NCBI GenBank assembly: GCA_021792095.1
Contig: JAJYVH010000001.1
Span: forward strand, 445,324 to 509,323
Length of the DNA: 64,000 nucleotides
Reading direction: 5' to 3'
DNA from: Candidatus Micrarchaeota archaeon
GTDB lineage: Archaea > Micrarchaeota > Micrarchaeia > Micrarchaeales > CABMGC01
Shown one piece after another: positions 33,552 through 42,185 of this stretch (position 1 is the first letter of the stretch; the number at the start of each line of letters is the position of its first letter). The position numbers were made by a program, and so were the translations under genes. The notes below the pieces were generated by a model, which was not told the DNA's origin, ran no database searches, and saw only the letters and a list, made by a program, of their open reading frames with translations.

Positions 33552-34052
33552 TCACCGTGCGTCCTGCCTCTTCCTCTCCTTCTGCATCATTATGTACGCC
33601 TTGTTGTGCGTGCCGCCCTCGAGCAGCGTGTCCATCGCTGCCCTCGCAGTCCTTATCTGCCCGAGCGTGCCTATGAAGCTCACCGTATCGCCGTAGACAG
33701 AGACGTGGGCTCCGCTTACCTGCTGCACATATTCCTTGGTCTTGCCCTCCCTGCCTATCACCCTGGCCTTGATCCTCTTCACCCTCTCGCTCCTCTTCAA
33801 CAGCCCTTTCATGTCTACGGACTCGAAGAAGCAGTCGTCGCCCAGCAGGAGGCATGATGTGTTGAGGTCGAAGCCCCTCGCAAACGCCTGCATGACCATC
33901 CTTGCGTTATATTCCCCGAGCGCGTCTCCCTGTATCGTAAGCTCGTTGCCCTCGAGCCTCAGCTCGCAGCCCAGCCTCCCCGCCGCCTCCCTAAGCATGT
34001 CCTTGCTGGCGAGCAGCTTGGCTCTGTTCTCAGGTATCAGGATTCGGTGCAT
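33552..34052 (-). CDS. KH-domain RNA-binding protein (archaeal Pno1/Dim2-like)
   Basis: 166 aa with two KH-like units (LRLEGNELTIQG...; RVIGREGKTKEYVQQVSGAHVSVYGDTVSFIG). Confidence 0.7.
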   Translation of the reverse strand: MHRILIPENRAKLLASKDMLREAAGRLGCELRLEGNELTIQGDALGEYNARMVMQAFARGFDLNTSCLLLGDDCFFESVDMKGLLKRSERVKRIKARVIGREGKTKEYVQQVSGAHVSVYGDTVSFIGTLGQIRTARAAMDTLLEGGTHNKAYIMMQKERKRQDAR

Positions 34053-34270
34053 CTGCAGGCCCGCTGTTTTAGCTATTTTTCGCCGAGAAGTATAATAATG
34101 CTTGTTCTCCCTCCTTTGAACGGGCCTGCCCGTGCTCGGGGATAAGCGCTGGCTGGGCTCGCGGCAATGCGCTCCGCCAGGCCAATGTTGCCCGGCGCTC
34201 TTTTGTGGAACTTAGCGTATAGCCTTGTTCCGCAAAAGCGCAATCTTTAAATATGTTAATGTGCGCATCT

Positions 34271-34303
34271 ATGATTGTTTCGTGATTGTTTCATGATCTG
34301 TTC
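34271..34303 (+). promoter_or_regulatory. three 11-nt-phased direct repeats (aTGATTGTTTC gTGATTGTTTC aTGATCTGTTC) between TATA box and start codon
   Basis: Read directly. TTTAAATA at 34246-34253 lies upstream and the start codon at 34315/34330 lies downstream. The one-helical-turn phasing is typical of an operator. The downstream gene encodes a wHTH protein, so autoregulation is possible. Confidence 0.45.
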
Positions 34304-34329
34304 ATAGGACAATCGTGGGGCATGGGGAT

Positions 34330-34830
34330 ATGAACAAGAAGGAGATGGAGGAAAAGCTTGACGCGCTGGAGAGGGAGCTGGAGGCTTACAGGCGCGCCAC
34401 TGCTATGCCCGTTCCGCAGAAGAGCGAATACAACGAGGTGCTCCGTGTGCTGATGACTGACAAGGAGAACACCAACCAGGTGCTCAGGAGCCTGACAGAG
34501 CAGGTCAAGGTGCTCCGCGAGGCGGTAAGTACGACGATGCTCACGGCGGGCCCTGCCGATGAATATGCGCAGGAGCCGGGCAGGGAGGTGGCGATATCGG
34601 CTGTTGACGCTAGCATAGTGGAATTCCTGCAGACCAGGCCGAAGAGCATGGCCTCCGCGGACGATGTCAGGGACTTCATGCACTACCGGGGCAAGAACGC
34701 AGCATGCGCGAGGCTGAACAACCTATACAAGCGCGGCGTTCTGGAGAGGCTGCAGCTCGGTCACAAGGTTTATTACAAGTTTGATGCTGGCAAGGCGACC
34801 ATACAGCTTATTGTATCACCTCCACAGTAG
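34330..34830 (+). CDS. coiled-coil plus C-terminal winged-helix (MarR/TrmB-like) protein, putative regulator
   Basis: The ORF track starts at GTG 34315; the ATG at 34330 gives MNKKEMEEKLDALERELEAYRR. The C-terminus is SIVEFLQTRPKSMASADDVRDFMHYRGKNAACARLNNLYKRGVLERLQLGHKVYYKF, which is wHTH-like. Confidence 0.55.
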   Translation: MNKKEMEEKLDALERELEAYRRATAMPVPQKSEYNEVLRVLMTDKENTNQVLRSLTEQVKVLREAVSTTMLTAGPADEYAQEPGREVAISAVDASIVEFLQTRPKSMASADDVRDFMHYRGKNAACARLNNLYKRGVLERLQLGHKVYYKFDAGKATIQLIVSPPQ

Positions 34831-34836
34831 CAGCAA

Positions 34837-34878
34837 AAAGGGGACCCGTGTTCCTTACCCCCAAGGACGGGCCCCTTT
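34837..34878. terminator. strong hairpin between convergent genes
   Basis: AAAGGGGACCCGT pairs with ACGGGCCCCTTT (12 bp with one bulged A) around a 17-nt loop. It lies between the stops at 34830 (+) and 34921 (-). Confidence 0.35.
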
Positions 34879-34920
34879 ACTCGTGATGGCCCAGCCCCGC
34901 CCATGCGCCGGCGCGACGTC

Positions 34921-36144
34921 CTAGTGCGCGAGCACCCCGTAACCCGAGAGGCGCCATCTCTGGCTGAAGTTCCTAAGCATGGATATCTTCGCATTGCTGT
35001 CGATGCAGGCCGGATACTTGAGCTCTATCTCGAGCCTGTTCCTCTTCACGTTCTTGATGTAGCCAACGTTTGTGCCCGTCCCTATGCCCAGGAGCAGCGG
35101 CTCCTCGTTCCTGAATCCCTGCTTTGGCAGGTCGTCGCGGTTCAGCGCCTCGTAGTCTATGACAAGCGTGCGTATGGCCTCGGGCAGCCTGCCTGCGCGG
35201 CCTATCACCTGGCCCACCAGCGCGTCGGCCTTGGTCAGGGAGGGGTCGAGGTCCGTGCCTATCGCTATCAGGCCTCCGGCTATCGCCTCGTCCAGCTGGT
35301 TCCTGTCAGCCGACAGGCTCTCCACGCGCGTGATTATCGGCTCCGGGGCCGCGGCCGCCTTCGCCTTGGCCTTGGAGCTCACTCCAGGCCTTATCTCTAT
35401 CTCGTCGCCCACCTTTAGCTTGCCCCTTATTATCGAGCCGCCTACCACGCCGCCCTTCAGCCCGCTTATCTCGGTGCCGGGCCTGTTGACGTCAAAAGAG
35501 CGCGCCACGTACATTATAGGGTCCGCTTCTGTGTCGCGCTTGGGCAGCGGCAGTTCAGCTATCTCCTGCAGCACTGCGTCCACGTTCGCGTTCTTGTTAG
35601 CGATCACTGGCACTATGTCGGCCCCCTCTATGGTGCTGCCCCTGATGAAGTTCCTTATCTGCTCGTAGTTCTTCTTGGCGGCCTCCTTGCCGACTATGTC
35701 TATCTTGGTCTGCGCTATGACGGCGTTCCTTATGCCCAGCGCGTTGATCAGCATGAGGTGCTCCCTGGTCTGAGGCATGGGCACAGGCTCGGTGGCGGCT
35801 ATCACGAAAAGGACAGCGTCGATTATGCTCGAGCCGGCTATGGCCGTGGCCATGAGCGTCTCGTGGCCCGGTGCGTCGAGTATCGATATGCGCCTCACTG
35901 GCTCCGCGCTCCCCGAGCCGCCGCAGTCCTGGCCCGTGGTGTACGCGCCGTAGCCGTCCTTGCCAGCGCACTTCCTTATGACTGCGTCGGAGTAGCCCAG
36001 CTTTATAGTCATGCTCCTCTTGACGCTCTCGCTGTGCACGTCGGTCCAGTTGTGCGTTATGGCGTACGTGAGCGTAGTCTTTCCGTGGTCCACGTGGCCC
36101 AGCGTGCCTATGTTCATCTGGCTCTGCTTGAATTCGGCTGGCAT
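34921..36144 (-). CDS. eif2g: translation initiation factor aIF2 gamma subunit
   Basis: 407 aa with NIGTLGHVDHGKTTL (G1), DAPGHE (G3), the zinc-knuckle region and domains II/III typical of aIF2-gamma. Confidence 0.95.
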   Translation of the reverse strand: MPAEFKQSQMNIGTLGHVDHGKTTLTYAITHNWTDVHSESVKRSMTIKLGYSDAVIRKCAGKDGYGAYTTGQDCGGSGSAEPVRRISILDAPGHETLMATAIAGSSIIDAVLFVIAATEPVPMPQTREHLMLINALGIRNAVIAQTKIDIVGKEAAKKNYEQIRNFIRGSTIEGADIVPVIANKNANVDAVLQEIAELPLPKRDTEADPIMYVARSFDVNRPGTEISGLKGGVVGGSIIRGKLKVGDEIEIRPGVSSKAKAKAAAAPEPIITRVESLSADRNQLDEAIAGGLIAIGTDLDPSLTKADALVGQVIGRAGRLPEAIRTLVIDYEALNRDDLPKQGFRNEEPLLLGIGTGTNVGYIKNVKRNRLEIELKYPACIDSNAKISMLRNFSQRWRLSGYGVLAH

Positions 36145-36160
36145 AAAACATTACCGAAGA

Positions 36161-36565
36161 TCACTGCTTGGCCTCCTCGGCCTGCGCCTTCTCCTTCTTA
36201 GGGAAGAGCTCCTCCGCGCTTTTTGCGCCGTAGGCTGTTATGACTGTGTTGACCTGCTCCGTGTCGGCGCTTATCGTGTTGCCCCTGACAAGCTTCCTCC
36301 TCCTCTCTCCCCTGGAGGTCCTGCCTATGCCGGCGCCGCTGTGTATGAGCACGTGCACCTTCCTTGTGCCATCGACCTCGCGCCTGGATGGCGCACCTGA
36401 CTTGTCGCTGAGCCCCGTTACCCTTAGCTTGTAGCCCTCGAGGCCGACCAGCGTCCCGTCTATCTCCTCGCCCATCCTCCTGCCTATGAGCTGCGCCTCG
36501 GCGTCCTTTACGACTTCCCTCTGGGCCGTCCTTCCTATCTTCGCGTCAGAATATACTATTTTCAT
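36161..36565 (-). CDS. rps6e: 30S ribosomal protein eS6
   Basis: 134 aa: MKIVYSDAKIGRTAQREV...GYKLRVTGLSDKSGAPSR...RRRKLVRGNTIS. Confidence 0.9.
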   Translation of the reverse strand: MKIVYSDAKIGRTAQREVVKDAEAQLIGRRMGEEIDGTLVGLEGYKLRVTGLSDKSGAPSRREVDGTRKVHVLIHSGAGIGRTSRGERRRKLVRGNTISADTEQVNTVITAYGAKSAEELFPKKEKAQAEEAKQ

Positions 36566-36589
36566 GGTGTTTCACCTAAACTCGACAAG

Positions 36590-37890
36590 TAAGCCCACGC
36601 CCTTCAGGGGCGGGATGAATTGCCGAGCGATAGAAGGGTTATACGCCTTCTCCTGTAAATACTTTTGGTCAAGAGAATGAAACGCGCCATCCTGTTGCAG
36701 ATTGAACCGACTGGCAGAAAGGCGGCTATGCTCGCAGAGTTCGGCGAATCCGCGATCTCCGAGTTCAATCTGATGCTTTCCGAACGTGAAGGGTGCAAAC
36801 GAATAGGAGAGTTCCATCATAAGGTTTGCCATCCTTCCAAAGACAGGACGCATTTCAATATCCAGATTGTGACCTCCCTGATACGAGATGCCTGGAAGAA
36901 GAAATGCGACAAAGTCGAAAGGCTGACCATAAAGTTCAACGTTCCCCGTAACTGCAAGACGTTCTCGACCAAGTCCCTCGACTTCGTGGAACTCGGAATA
37001 CGACCACGAGACAGGATTGCAGTGCCGATCGTGGAGAACAGGAACTGGCAGAGATACAACGCCCTCCTTGCGGACGGCTGGGAATGCAAGACCTACGGCC
37101 TGACTTCCGAACTCCAGATTGTCGCCTACCTGTCCAAAGAGGAAACGCCGATCCCGCAGAGGAAGAGCGTTCTTGGCATAGATTTCAACGCAAAGAACAT
37201 CGCTGTGACCGTCCTGTCTCCGCAGAACAAGGTCTTGCGGCAGCTCTACTTCGGCAAGAGGATATGGGTCAGGCGCAAACAGGTTATGGAACGCCGTGCC
37301 CTTCTTCAATCCTACGGAAACGACAAGGCACTGCGAAGGCAGAAGACCTATGAGAGGAACTTCGTGGACACGAACCTCGGGCAGACAGTCGCTGAGATAA
37401 TGCGGCTTGCACTCGAATACGATGCAGACATCGCAATAGAGAATCTCAAGAGGTTCAAACCGAGGGGCAGGCGGTTCAACAAGACTGTAATGAGGATGCC
37501 CTTCAGGAAGTTCAGGGAAATCCTGGCCTCCCGCTGTTTCGACAGGAATGTTACGCTCAACATCGTGGACAGTTGGCATACAAGCAAATACTGCTCGCAC
37601 TGCGGTGCTGTTGCGGGCAACGGACACAGTTCTGGGAACTATGCCCTGTTCGGGTGCAAGGGATGCGGAGTTCAGATGAACTCCGACAGGAACGCAAGTC
37701 GAAACATTGCGTTGAAATGCCTGTTGGAGCGGAAGGATTCTCTTGACCGAAAACCCTTCCAGATTTCCAATAGGGGAGGTCTTGTAAACGACCTCGGTTT
37801 GTCCGATGAAAGTGGTTTGTTGGTTGCCGTGCAACATTCAAATCATCTTGATGGAAAGCCCACAGGCTTTAGCCGTGGGTAGTTTACCTG
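36590..37890 (+). mobile_element. IS200/IS605-family (IS1341-like) tnpB-only element; ends not defined
   Basis: It contains only TnpB and looks visibly more AT-rich than its flanks. A small subterminal hairpin CGCCC-TTCAG-GGGCG sits at 36598-36612. It is wedged between the rps6e start (36565) and the cdc48 stop (37884). Confidence 0.5.
36665..37882 (+). CDS. tnpB: TnpB (OrfB) RuvC-like RNA-guided endonuclease
   Basis: 405 aa with RuvC-I VLGIDFNAKNIAV, RuvC-II DIAIENLKRF, Zn finger CSHCGAV...FGCKGCGVQ and RuvC-III MNSDRNASRNIA. All catalytic residues appear intact. Confidence 0.85.
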   Translation: MVKRMKRAILLQIEPTGRKAAMLAEFGESAISEFNLMLSEREGCKRIGEFHHKVCHPSKDRTHFNIQIVTSLIRDAWKKKCDKVERLTIKFNVPRNCKTFSTKSLDFVELGIRPRDRIAVPIVENRNWQRYNALLADGWECKTYGLTSELQIVAYLSKEETPIPQRKSVLGIDFNAKNIAVTVLSPQNKVLRQLYFGKRIWVRRKQVMERRALLQSYGNDKALRRQKTYERNFVDTNLGQTVAEIMRLALEYDADIAIENLKRFKPRGRRFNKTVMRMPFRKFREILASRCFDRNVTLNIVDSWHTSKYCSHCGAVAGNGHSSGNYALFGCKGCGVQMNSDRNASRNIALKCLLERKDSLDRKPFQISNRGGLVNDLGLSDESGLLVAVQHSNHLDGKPTGFSRG

Positions 37891-40046
37891 TACATGGTCT
37901 CCGGTTCCTCCTTGAACCTCTTTATTCGTTCAGCGACCTCCTTGGGTATCGCCGGCCTTATCTCCTGTATCGCCTTCGCGAAGTCCTCCTTCCTCACGAC
38001 CTGCCTCTTGTCCCTTATCGCGTTCATGCCGGCCTCCCTGACTATGTTCTCTATCTCCGCGCCCGTGTACTCCTCTGTGTCGTTGGCTATGGCTACAAGG
38101 TCCACGTCCTTGTCGAGCGGCATGCGCTTCGTGTGCACCTCCAGTATCGCCAGCCTCGCGTTGGCATCTGGCATAGGTATCTCTATCACCTTGTCGAAGC
38201 GGCCAGGCCTCAGAAGCGCAGGGTCCACGTCCTCGGGCCTGTTCGTGGCAGCTAACACCACCACGTTCTTGAGATCTATAAGGCCGTCCATCTCAGTGAG
38301 CAACGTGTCCACCACGCGCTCGGAAACTCCAGAATCGGAGTAGCCGCTCCCCCTGGACTTGGCTATCGCGTCTATCTCGTCTATGAATATTATGCACGGG
38401 CTCGCCATCCTGGCCTTCCTGAAGAGCTCGCGGACCATCTTCTCGCTCTCCCCCACGTACTTGCTCAGCACCTCGGGACCCTTTATCGAGATGAAGTTGG
38501 ATTCCCGTTCTGTGGCCACAGCCCTCGCTAGCATCGTCTTGCCCGTGCCGGGCGGGCCGACGAGCAGTATGCCGCGCACAGGCCTTATGCCTATCTTCTC
38601 GAACTGCTCCGGCTCCTTGAGCGGCAGCTCGACTGCCTCCTTTATCTCGCTCTTGACGCGCTCGAGCCCGCCGACGTCGTTCCAGTGCACGTTCGGCCTC
38701 TCGACGAACACCTCGCGCAGCGCGCTGGGCCTTATGCTCTTGAGCGCCTCCATGAAATCGCTCCTGGTCACGTTAAGACCGGAGAGCACTTCCTCGGGTA
38801 TGTGCCTCTTGTCCGTTATCTTCGGCCATATGCCCCTAAGCGATGCCATCGCCGCCTCTTTCGCCAGTGCGTTAAGGTCCGCTCCAGTGTAGCCGTGCGT
38901 TATTGCGGCGAGCTCGTCGATGCTTACGTCCTTTGCCAATGGCATGTTCCTTGTGTGTATCAGCAGTATGTCCTTCCTCGCGTTCCTGTCGGGTATGCCT
39001 ATCTCTATCTCCCTGTCGAAACGCCCCGGCCTGCGCAGCGCAGGGTCTATGGAGTCCTGCCTGTTCGTGGCCGCCACTACTATTACCTGACCCCTGGACG
39101 GCATGCCGTCGAGCAGAGTTAGCAGCTGCGATACCATGCGCCGCTCCACCTCGTTCGTCGCCTCCTCGCGCTTTGGCGCGATCGCGTCTATCTCGTCCAT
39201 GAATATTATGGTAGGCGCCTTGTCCTTGGCCTCCTTGAATATCTCGCGCAGCTTCTCCTCGCTCTCCCCCACGAACTTGCTCACGAGCTCGGGGCCTGAT
39301 ATAGTGATGAAATGCGCATCGCTCTCGTTGGCGACCGCCTTCGCGAGCAGCGTCTTGCCGGTGCCAGGCGCGCCGTAAAGGAGCACGCCCCTTGGCGGCT
39401 CGATGCCGAGCCTCTCGAACACCTCAGGGTACCTTATAGGGTACTCCACCATCTCCCTTATCTTCTGTATCTCGTTCTTCAGGCCGCCTATGTCCTCATA
39501 GTGCACGTCAGCCACGTGCACCTCCGATTCCGAGACAGGCTCGTCCTTTACCACGAGCTGCGTGTCCCTGGACACCTTCACTATGCCGTGCGGCATCACC
39601 TGCACGACTATGAAGCTGAACACGAGGCCGAACATAGGTATCTGCACCGAGTCGCCCTTGATCAGCGGCCTGCCCTGCGATTCGAGCCTCCGCTTCGCAT
39701 ACTCAGCGAAATCCGGCGAGAGCGGCGGCCTCTGGTTCGAGGGCGGCGCTATCGTTACCTTCTCTGCGTCGTGCACCTCGGCCTTTGAGACGAAGACCTT
39801 GTCCCCGATTCCCACGCCTATGTTCTGCCTCAAATAGCCGTCTATCCTGATGAAACCCAGCCCTTCGTCGCTAGGGTGCGCCTGCCACACCACCGCGGCC
39901 GTAGACTTGGACTTGCCCTTTATCTCGACCACGTCGCCGGAGCCGAGGCCGAGCTGCTTCTGCGATTTCGTGTCCAGCCTGGCAATGCCACGGCCGGAGT
40001 CGGTTATAAGCGCATCGCTCACTGTCAGTTCTACGCCGTTGGGCAC
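37884..40046 (-). CDS. cdc48: Cdc48/VCP-like AAA+ ATPase (two AAA domains)
   Basis: 720 aa with an N-domain, D1 ([27 protein letters not shown]) and D2 ([27 protein letters not shown]). Confidence 0.95.
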   Translation of the reverse strand: MPNGVELTVSDALITDSGRGIARLDTKSQKQLGLGSGDVVEIKGKSKSTAAVVWQAHPSDEGLGFIRIDGYLRQNIGVGIGDKVFVSKAEVHDAEKVTIAPPSNQRPPLSPDFAEYAKRRLESQGRPLIKGDSVQIPMFGLVFSFIVVQVMPHGIVKVSRDTQLVVKDEPVSESEVHVADVHYEDIGGLKNEIQKIREMVEYPIRYPEVFERLGIEPPRGVLLYGAPGTGKTLLAKAVANESDAHFITISGPELVSKFVGESEEKLREIFKEAKDKAPTIIFMDEIDAIAPKREEATNEVERRMVSQLLTLLDGMPSRGQVIVVAATNRQDSIDPALRRPGRFDREIEIGIPDRNARKDILLIHTRNMPLAKDVSIDELAAITHGYTGADLNALAKEAAMASLRGIWPKITDKRHIPEEVLSGLNVTRSDFMEALKSIRPSALREVFVERPNVHWNDVGGLERVKSEIKEAVELPLKEPEQFEKIGIRPVRGILLVGPPGTGKTMLARAVATERESNFISIKGPEVLSKYVGESEKMVRELFRKARMASPCIIFIDEIDAIAKSRGSGYSDSGVSERVVDTLLTEMDGLIDLKNVVVLAATNRPEDVDPALLRPGRFDKVIEIPMPDANARLAILEVHTKRMPLDKDVDLVAIANDTEEYTGAEIENIVREAGMNAIRDKRQVVRKEDFAKAIQEIRPAIPKEVAERIKRFKEEPETMYR

Positions 40047-40111
40047 TTCTTCAACCCCCTATGGTATTAGTCTGGGCGCTACAATAATAAATGCTTTGTG
40101 CTGTCGTAGCC

Positions 40112-40885
40112 CTAGAAGAGCACGGCCCTGTAGATGCGCGATATCACGAAGGCGATTATGAAGATTAGCACGAGCCACGGAAGCAGCGCGAGTATAGGCG
40201 TTATCACGCCCAGAAGCGCGAATATGGCTATTATGGTTGCGAAGAAGACGGGCCTGTTCCACCTGTATACCTTGCTGCCGTCGAGCGGGAAGACGGGCAG
40301 CATGTTGAAGAAGGCAAGGTAGATGCTTATGAAGGCGACGAAGCTGAGCGCCAGCTCCAGGTATGGCACCGGCGCCGCGCCGCCCCCTCCGAAGAGCACG
40401 CTCGATGTGGTGTGCGCGAAGCCCGGGAAGAGCGCGCTGCCGAGCGCGAAGGCGAAGGCGAACACGACGAAGTTGGTGAGCGGCCCGGCGATGGAGACGT
40501 ATCCCTCCTCCTTGCGCGTGAAGTGCGGCGCATATATCATAGTGGCCCCGGGAAGGCCTATTATGAATCCGAAGAGGCTCGTGATCAGCGATATCACTAT
40601 GCCGTTGTCCGATTTCCTGAAGCCGGCAATGGCGCCGAACCGCTGGGCCACGAACTTGTGCATGAGCTCGTGCAGCACGAACGAGAGCGACACAGCGACG
40701 AACGCTATCGGGAGGAAGTACAGGAAGCCGCCGCTCGACACGTAGAAGATTCCGCCAGTGAGCGCCAGCGAGAAGCCGATGCTCAGCGCAATGTCTGCTA
40801 TGAGTATGTCCTTCACTTCCCTGCTGAACACGCCAGTTTCGCTCGCGATCATGCTATGCCTTGTGAAAACATTATTAACACGCAC
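40112..40885 (-). CDS. site-2 protease family (peptidase M50) membrane metalloprotease
   Basis: 257 aa, multi-TM, with HELMHKFVAQRFG (HExxH) and FNMLPVFPLDGSKV (NxxPxxxLDG). Confidence 0.85.
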   Translation of the reverse strand: MRVNNVFTRHSMIASETGVFSREVKDILIADIALSIGFSLALTGGIFYVSSGGFLYFLPIAFVAVSLSFVLHELMHKFVAQRFGAIAGFRKSDNGIVISLITSLFGFIIGLPGATMIYAPHFTRKEEGYVSIAGPLTNFVVFAFAFALGSALFPGFAHTTSSVLFGGGGAAPVPYLELALSFVAFISIYLAFFNMLPVFPLDGSKVYRWNRPVFFATIIAIFALLGVITPILALLPWLVLIFIIAFVISRIYRAVLF

Positions 40886-40902
40886 AGGGTATTAAATGCG
40901 AT

Positions 40903-40975
40903 AGCTCCATCGTCTAGTGGTCAAGGACAGCAGGCTCTGGACCTGCAGACCCCAGTCCGAATCTGGGTGGAGCTA
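40903..40975 (+). tRNA. tRNA-Gln (anticodon CUG)
   Basis: A manual cloverleaf gives acceptor AGCTCCA/TGGAGCT plus A73 and D arm GTCT-AGTGGTCAA-GGAC. The anticodon arm is GCAGG-CTCTGGA-CCTGC and the T arm is CCCAG-TCCGAAT-CTGGG. No CCA is encoded. ATTATTAA lies 25 nt upstream. The T-loop has C at position 55, which is unusual. Confidence 0.8.
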
Positions 40976-41109
40976 ACCTGCCCTTGCGGCTGCCCGACCC
41001 CTTTGCCGAGCGCCAACGACGCGTTCCTGTTCGCCCAGCGATCCGCCATCAGGAGTCATCGCGTCACCCTGCAAGGCTTTTACTGGCAGGTGCATGCTCT
41101 TTGTTAATC

Positions 41110-41640
41110 CTAATCTATATCTGGCGACGTGTATGATACGTGCCAGCTGCTCCCGCTGCTCCTGCTTATCCTAGTGTCGAAATAGTGCCTGCCCCTCAGC
41201 ACGAACTGCTTCTCTATCCTCTTCGGGGCGAAGTACTTCTTGGTGAACTGCACCACTTTCTTGGGGTCGAACTCCTTGCAGCTGTACACGTCTATGCTTA
41301 CGAAGTTGTGCTTCGTTATGGTATGTATGACTATGGATGAGTCGGCCAGCGGCACCCAGCCGCTGAGCCCCGCCTTGTCCGGGAACTCCCTCCTCGGCGT
41401 CCTGAAAATAGAGGGCGGCTCCTGTTCGTGCATCCCGATGAACGGCACCATCTTGTCTAGGTAGCTGTAGCAGTGCTCGAGGTCGTCGCTTGTGCCCGAC
41501 TTGCAGTTGTAGCAGTCGAGCAGGAGCTCGTACCCGAATACCCTAGCGTCCTGTTTTTGGGTGGCCGCATAACCGCCTGGTATCAGTAACACTATTGCAG
41601 CTATAAACATCTTTCGCTTGCGCAACGCACCGCGCCCCAT
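41110..41640 (-). CDS. S-adenosylmethionine decarboxylase-like proenzyme (SpeH/SpeD pyruvoyl type) with N-terminal hydrophobic segment
   Basis: VFGYELLLDCYNCK...LSGWVPLADSSIVIHTITKHNFVSIDVYSCKEF matches the AdoMetDC fold, with a DSS processing site in place of ESS. Every candidate start (41706, 41640, 41610) retains the segment FIAAIVLLIPGGYAA. Confidence 0.6.
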   Translation of the reverse strand: MGRGALRKRKMFIAAIVLLIPGGYAATQKQDARVFGYELLLDCYNCKSGTSDDLEHCYSYLDKMVPFIGMHEQEPPSIFRTPRREFPDKAGLSGWVPLADSSIVIHTITKHNFVSIDVYSCKEFDPKKVVQFTKKYFAPKRIEKQFVLRGRHYFDTRISRSSGSSWHVSYTSPDID

Positions 41641-41861
41641 CGTCACCTTTTTAAAGCAGCAAGTAATAGCAATTCTTGGCGATTGTGTTGGGCGAAGGAG
41701 CCGCATTCGACAGGATCGACAGCGATACGTATGCCGACGCGTCGATATCCGCTTTCAAGGCAATACTCGGGGCGCTCTCGAGTTCTACCGAAAGGTTCCT
41801 CGAGGCCGAGGTCATCAGGGTGCTGGAGAAACCCAAAATCAGGGCGCATATAAGGGAGATA

Positions 41862-42185
41862 ATGCCCTGCCTGTACGCCGCCGCTTTCCTCAGCCTTTCG
41901 GGCAGGGAGATAAGCGAGGACAGCATAACGAAAACGCTCAGCATCATAAAAGTAGAGCCGAACCCTGAGATAGTCAGACTGCTGTTTAAGGCAAACGTCA
42001 GGAGCCACCTCGTGTACCTGTACGCTTACTACCTGCTGCTCGCCTTCGGTAAGCTCGGCTCCAAGAAAGAGATAATGGCACTGGTGAAAGGTATTGGCAT
42101 ACAGGCCGATCCCTCGAGGCTCAACGATGTGCTGGCGTTCCTCGAGGCTCCGGAGAAGAAGGCAGGTCAAAACGCCGATGCCTAG
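41862..42185 (+). CDS. ribosomal stalk P1 (L12e)-like protein with duplicated N-terminal domain and no acidic tail
   Basis: From ATG 41862 (GGAG upstream) the protein is MPCLYAAAFLSLSGREISEDSITKTLSIIKVEPNPEIVRLL, followed by LVYLYAYYLLLAFGKLGSKKEIMALVKGIGIQADPSRLNDVLAFL. Both halves resemble the P1 N-domain ([39 protein letters not shown]). The C-terminus EAPEKKAGQNADA lacks the conserved acidic/GLFG tail. The ORF track's TTG start at 41676 is unlikely. Confidence 0.4.
   Translation: MPCLYAAAFLSLSGREISEDSITKTLSIIKVEPNPEIVRLLFKANVRSHLVYLYAYYLLLAFGKLGSKKEIMALVKGIGIQADPSRLNDVLAFLEAPEKKAGQNADA

Noticed and set aside
33487-33855. 122-aa minus-strand ORF bridging the KH-protein gene and top6B, considered as a possible fused or alternative N-terminus for Top6B
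   Set aside because: It is out of frame with both genes over most of its length and is Arg/Gly/Glu-rich noise. Only its terminal ATG (33528) is relevant, and that is discussed in the top6B start finding.
36572-37837. 421-aa minus-strand ORF spanning almost the whole TnpB region
   Set aside because: The plus strand encodes a complete TnpB with RuvC I/II/III and Zn-finger motifs. The antisense translation has no recognisable motifs and looks like a shadow ORF.
40976-41109. 134-nt spacer after tRNA-Gln as a possible integration (att) scar
   Set aside because: No integrase or foreign-looking genes are adjacent. No repeat of the tRNA 3' end was found nearby.
41676-41861. TTG-initiated 5' extension of the P1-like ORF (169-aa version)
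   Set aside because: It would overlap the divergent AdoMetDC-like gene if that gene uses its longest start (41706), and lies only 36 nt from the 41640 start. It has no P1-like sequence. ATG 41862 has a GGAG upstream and gives a P1-sized protein.
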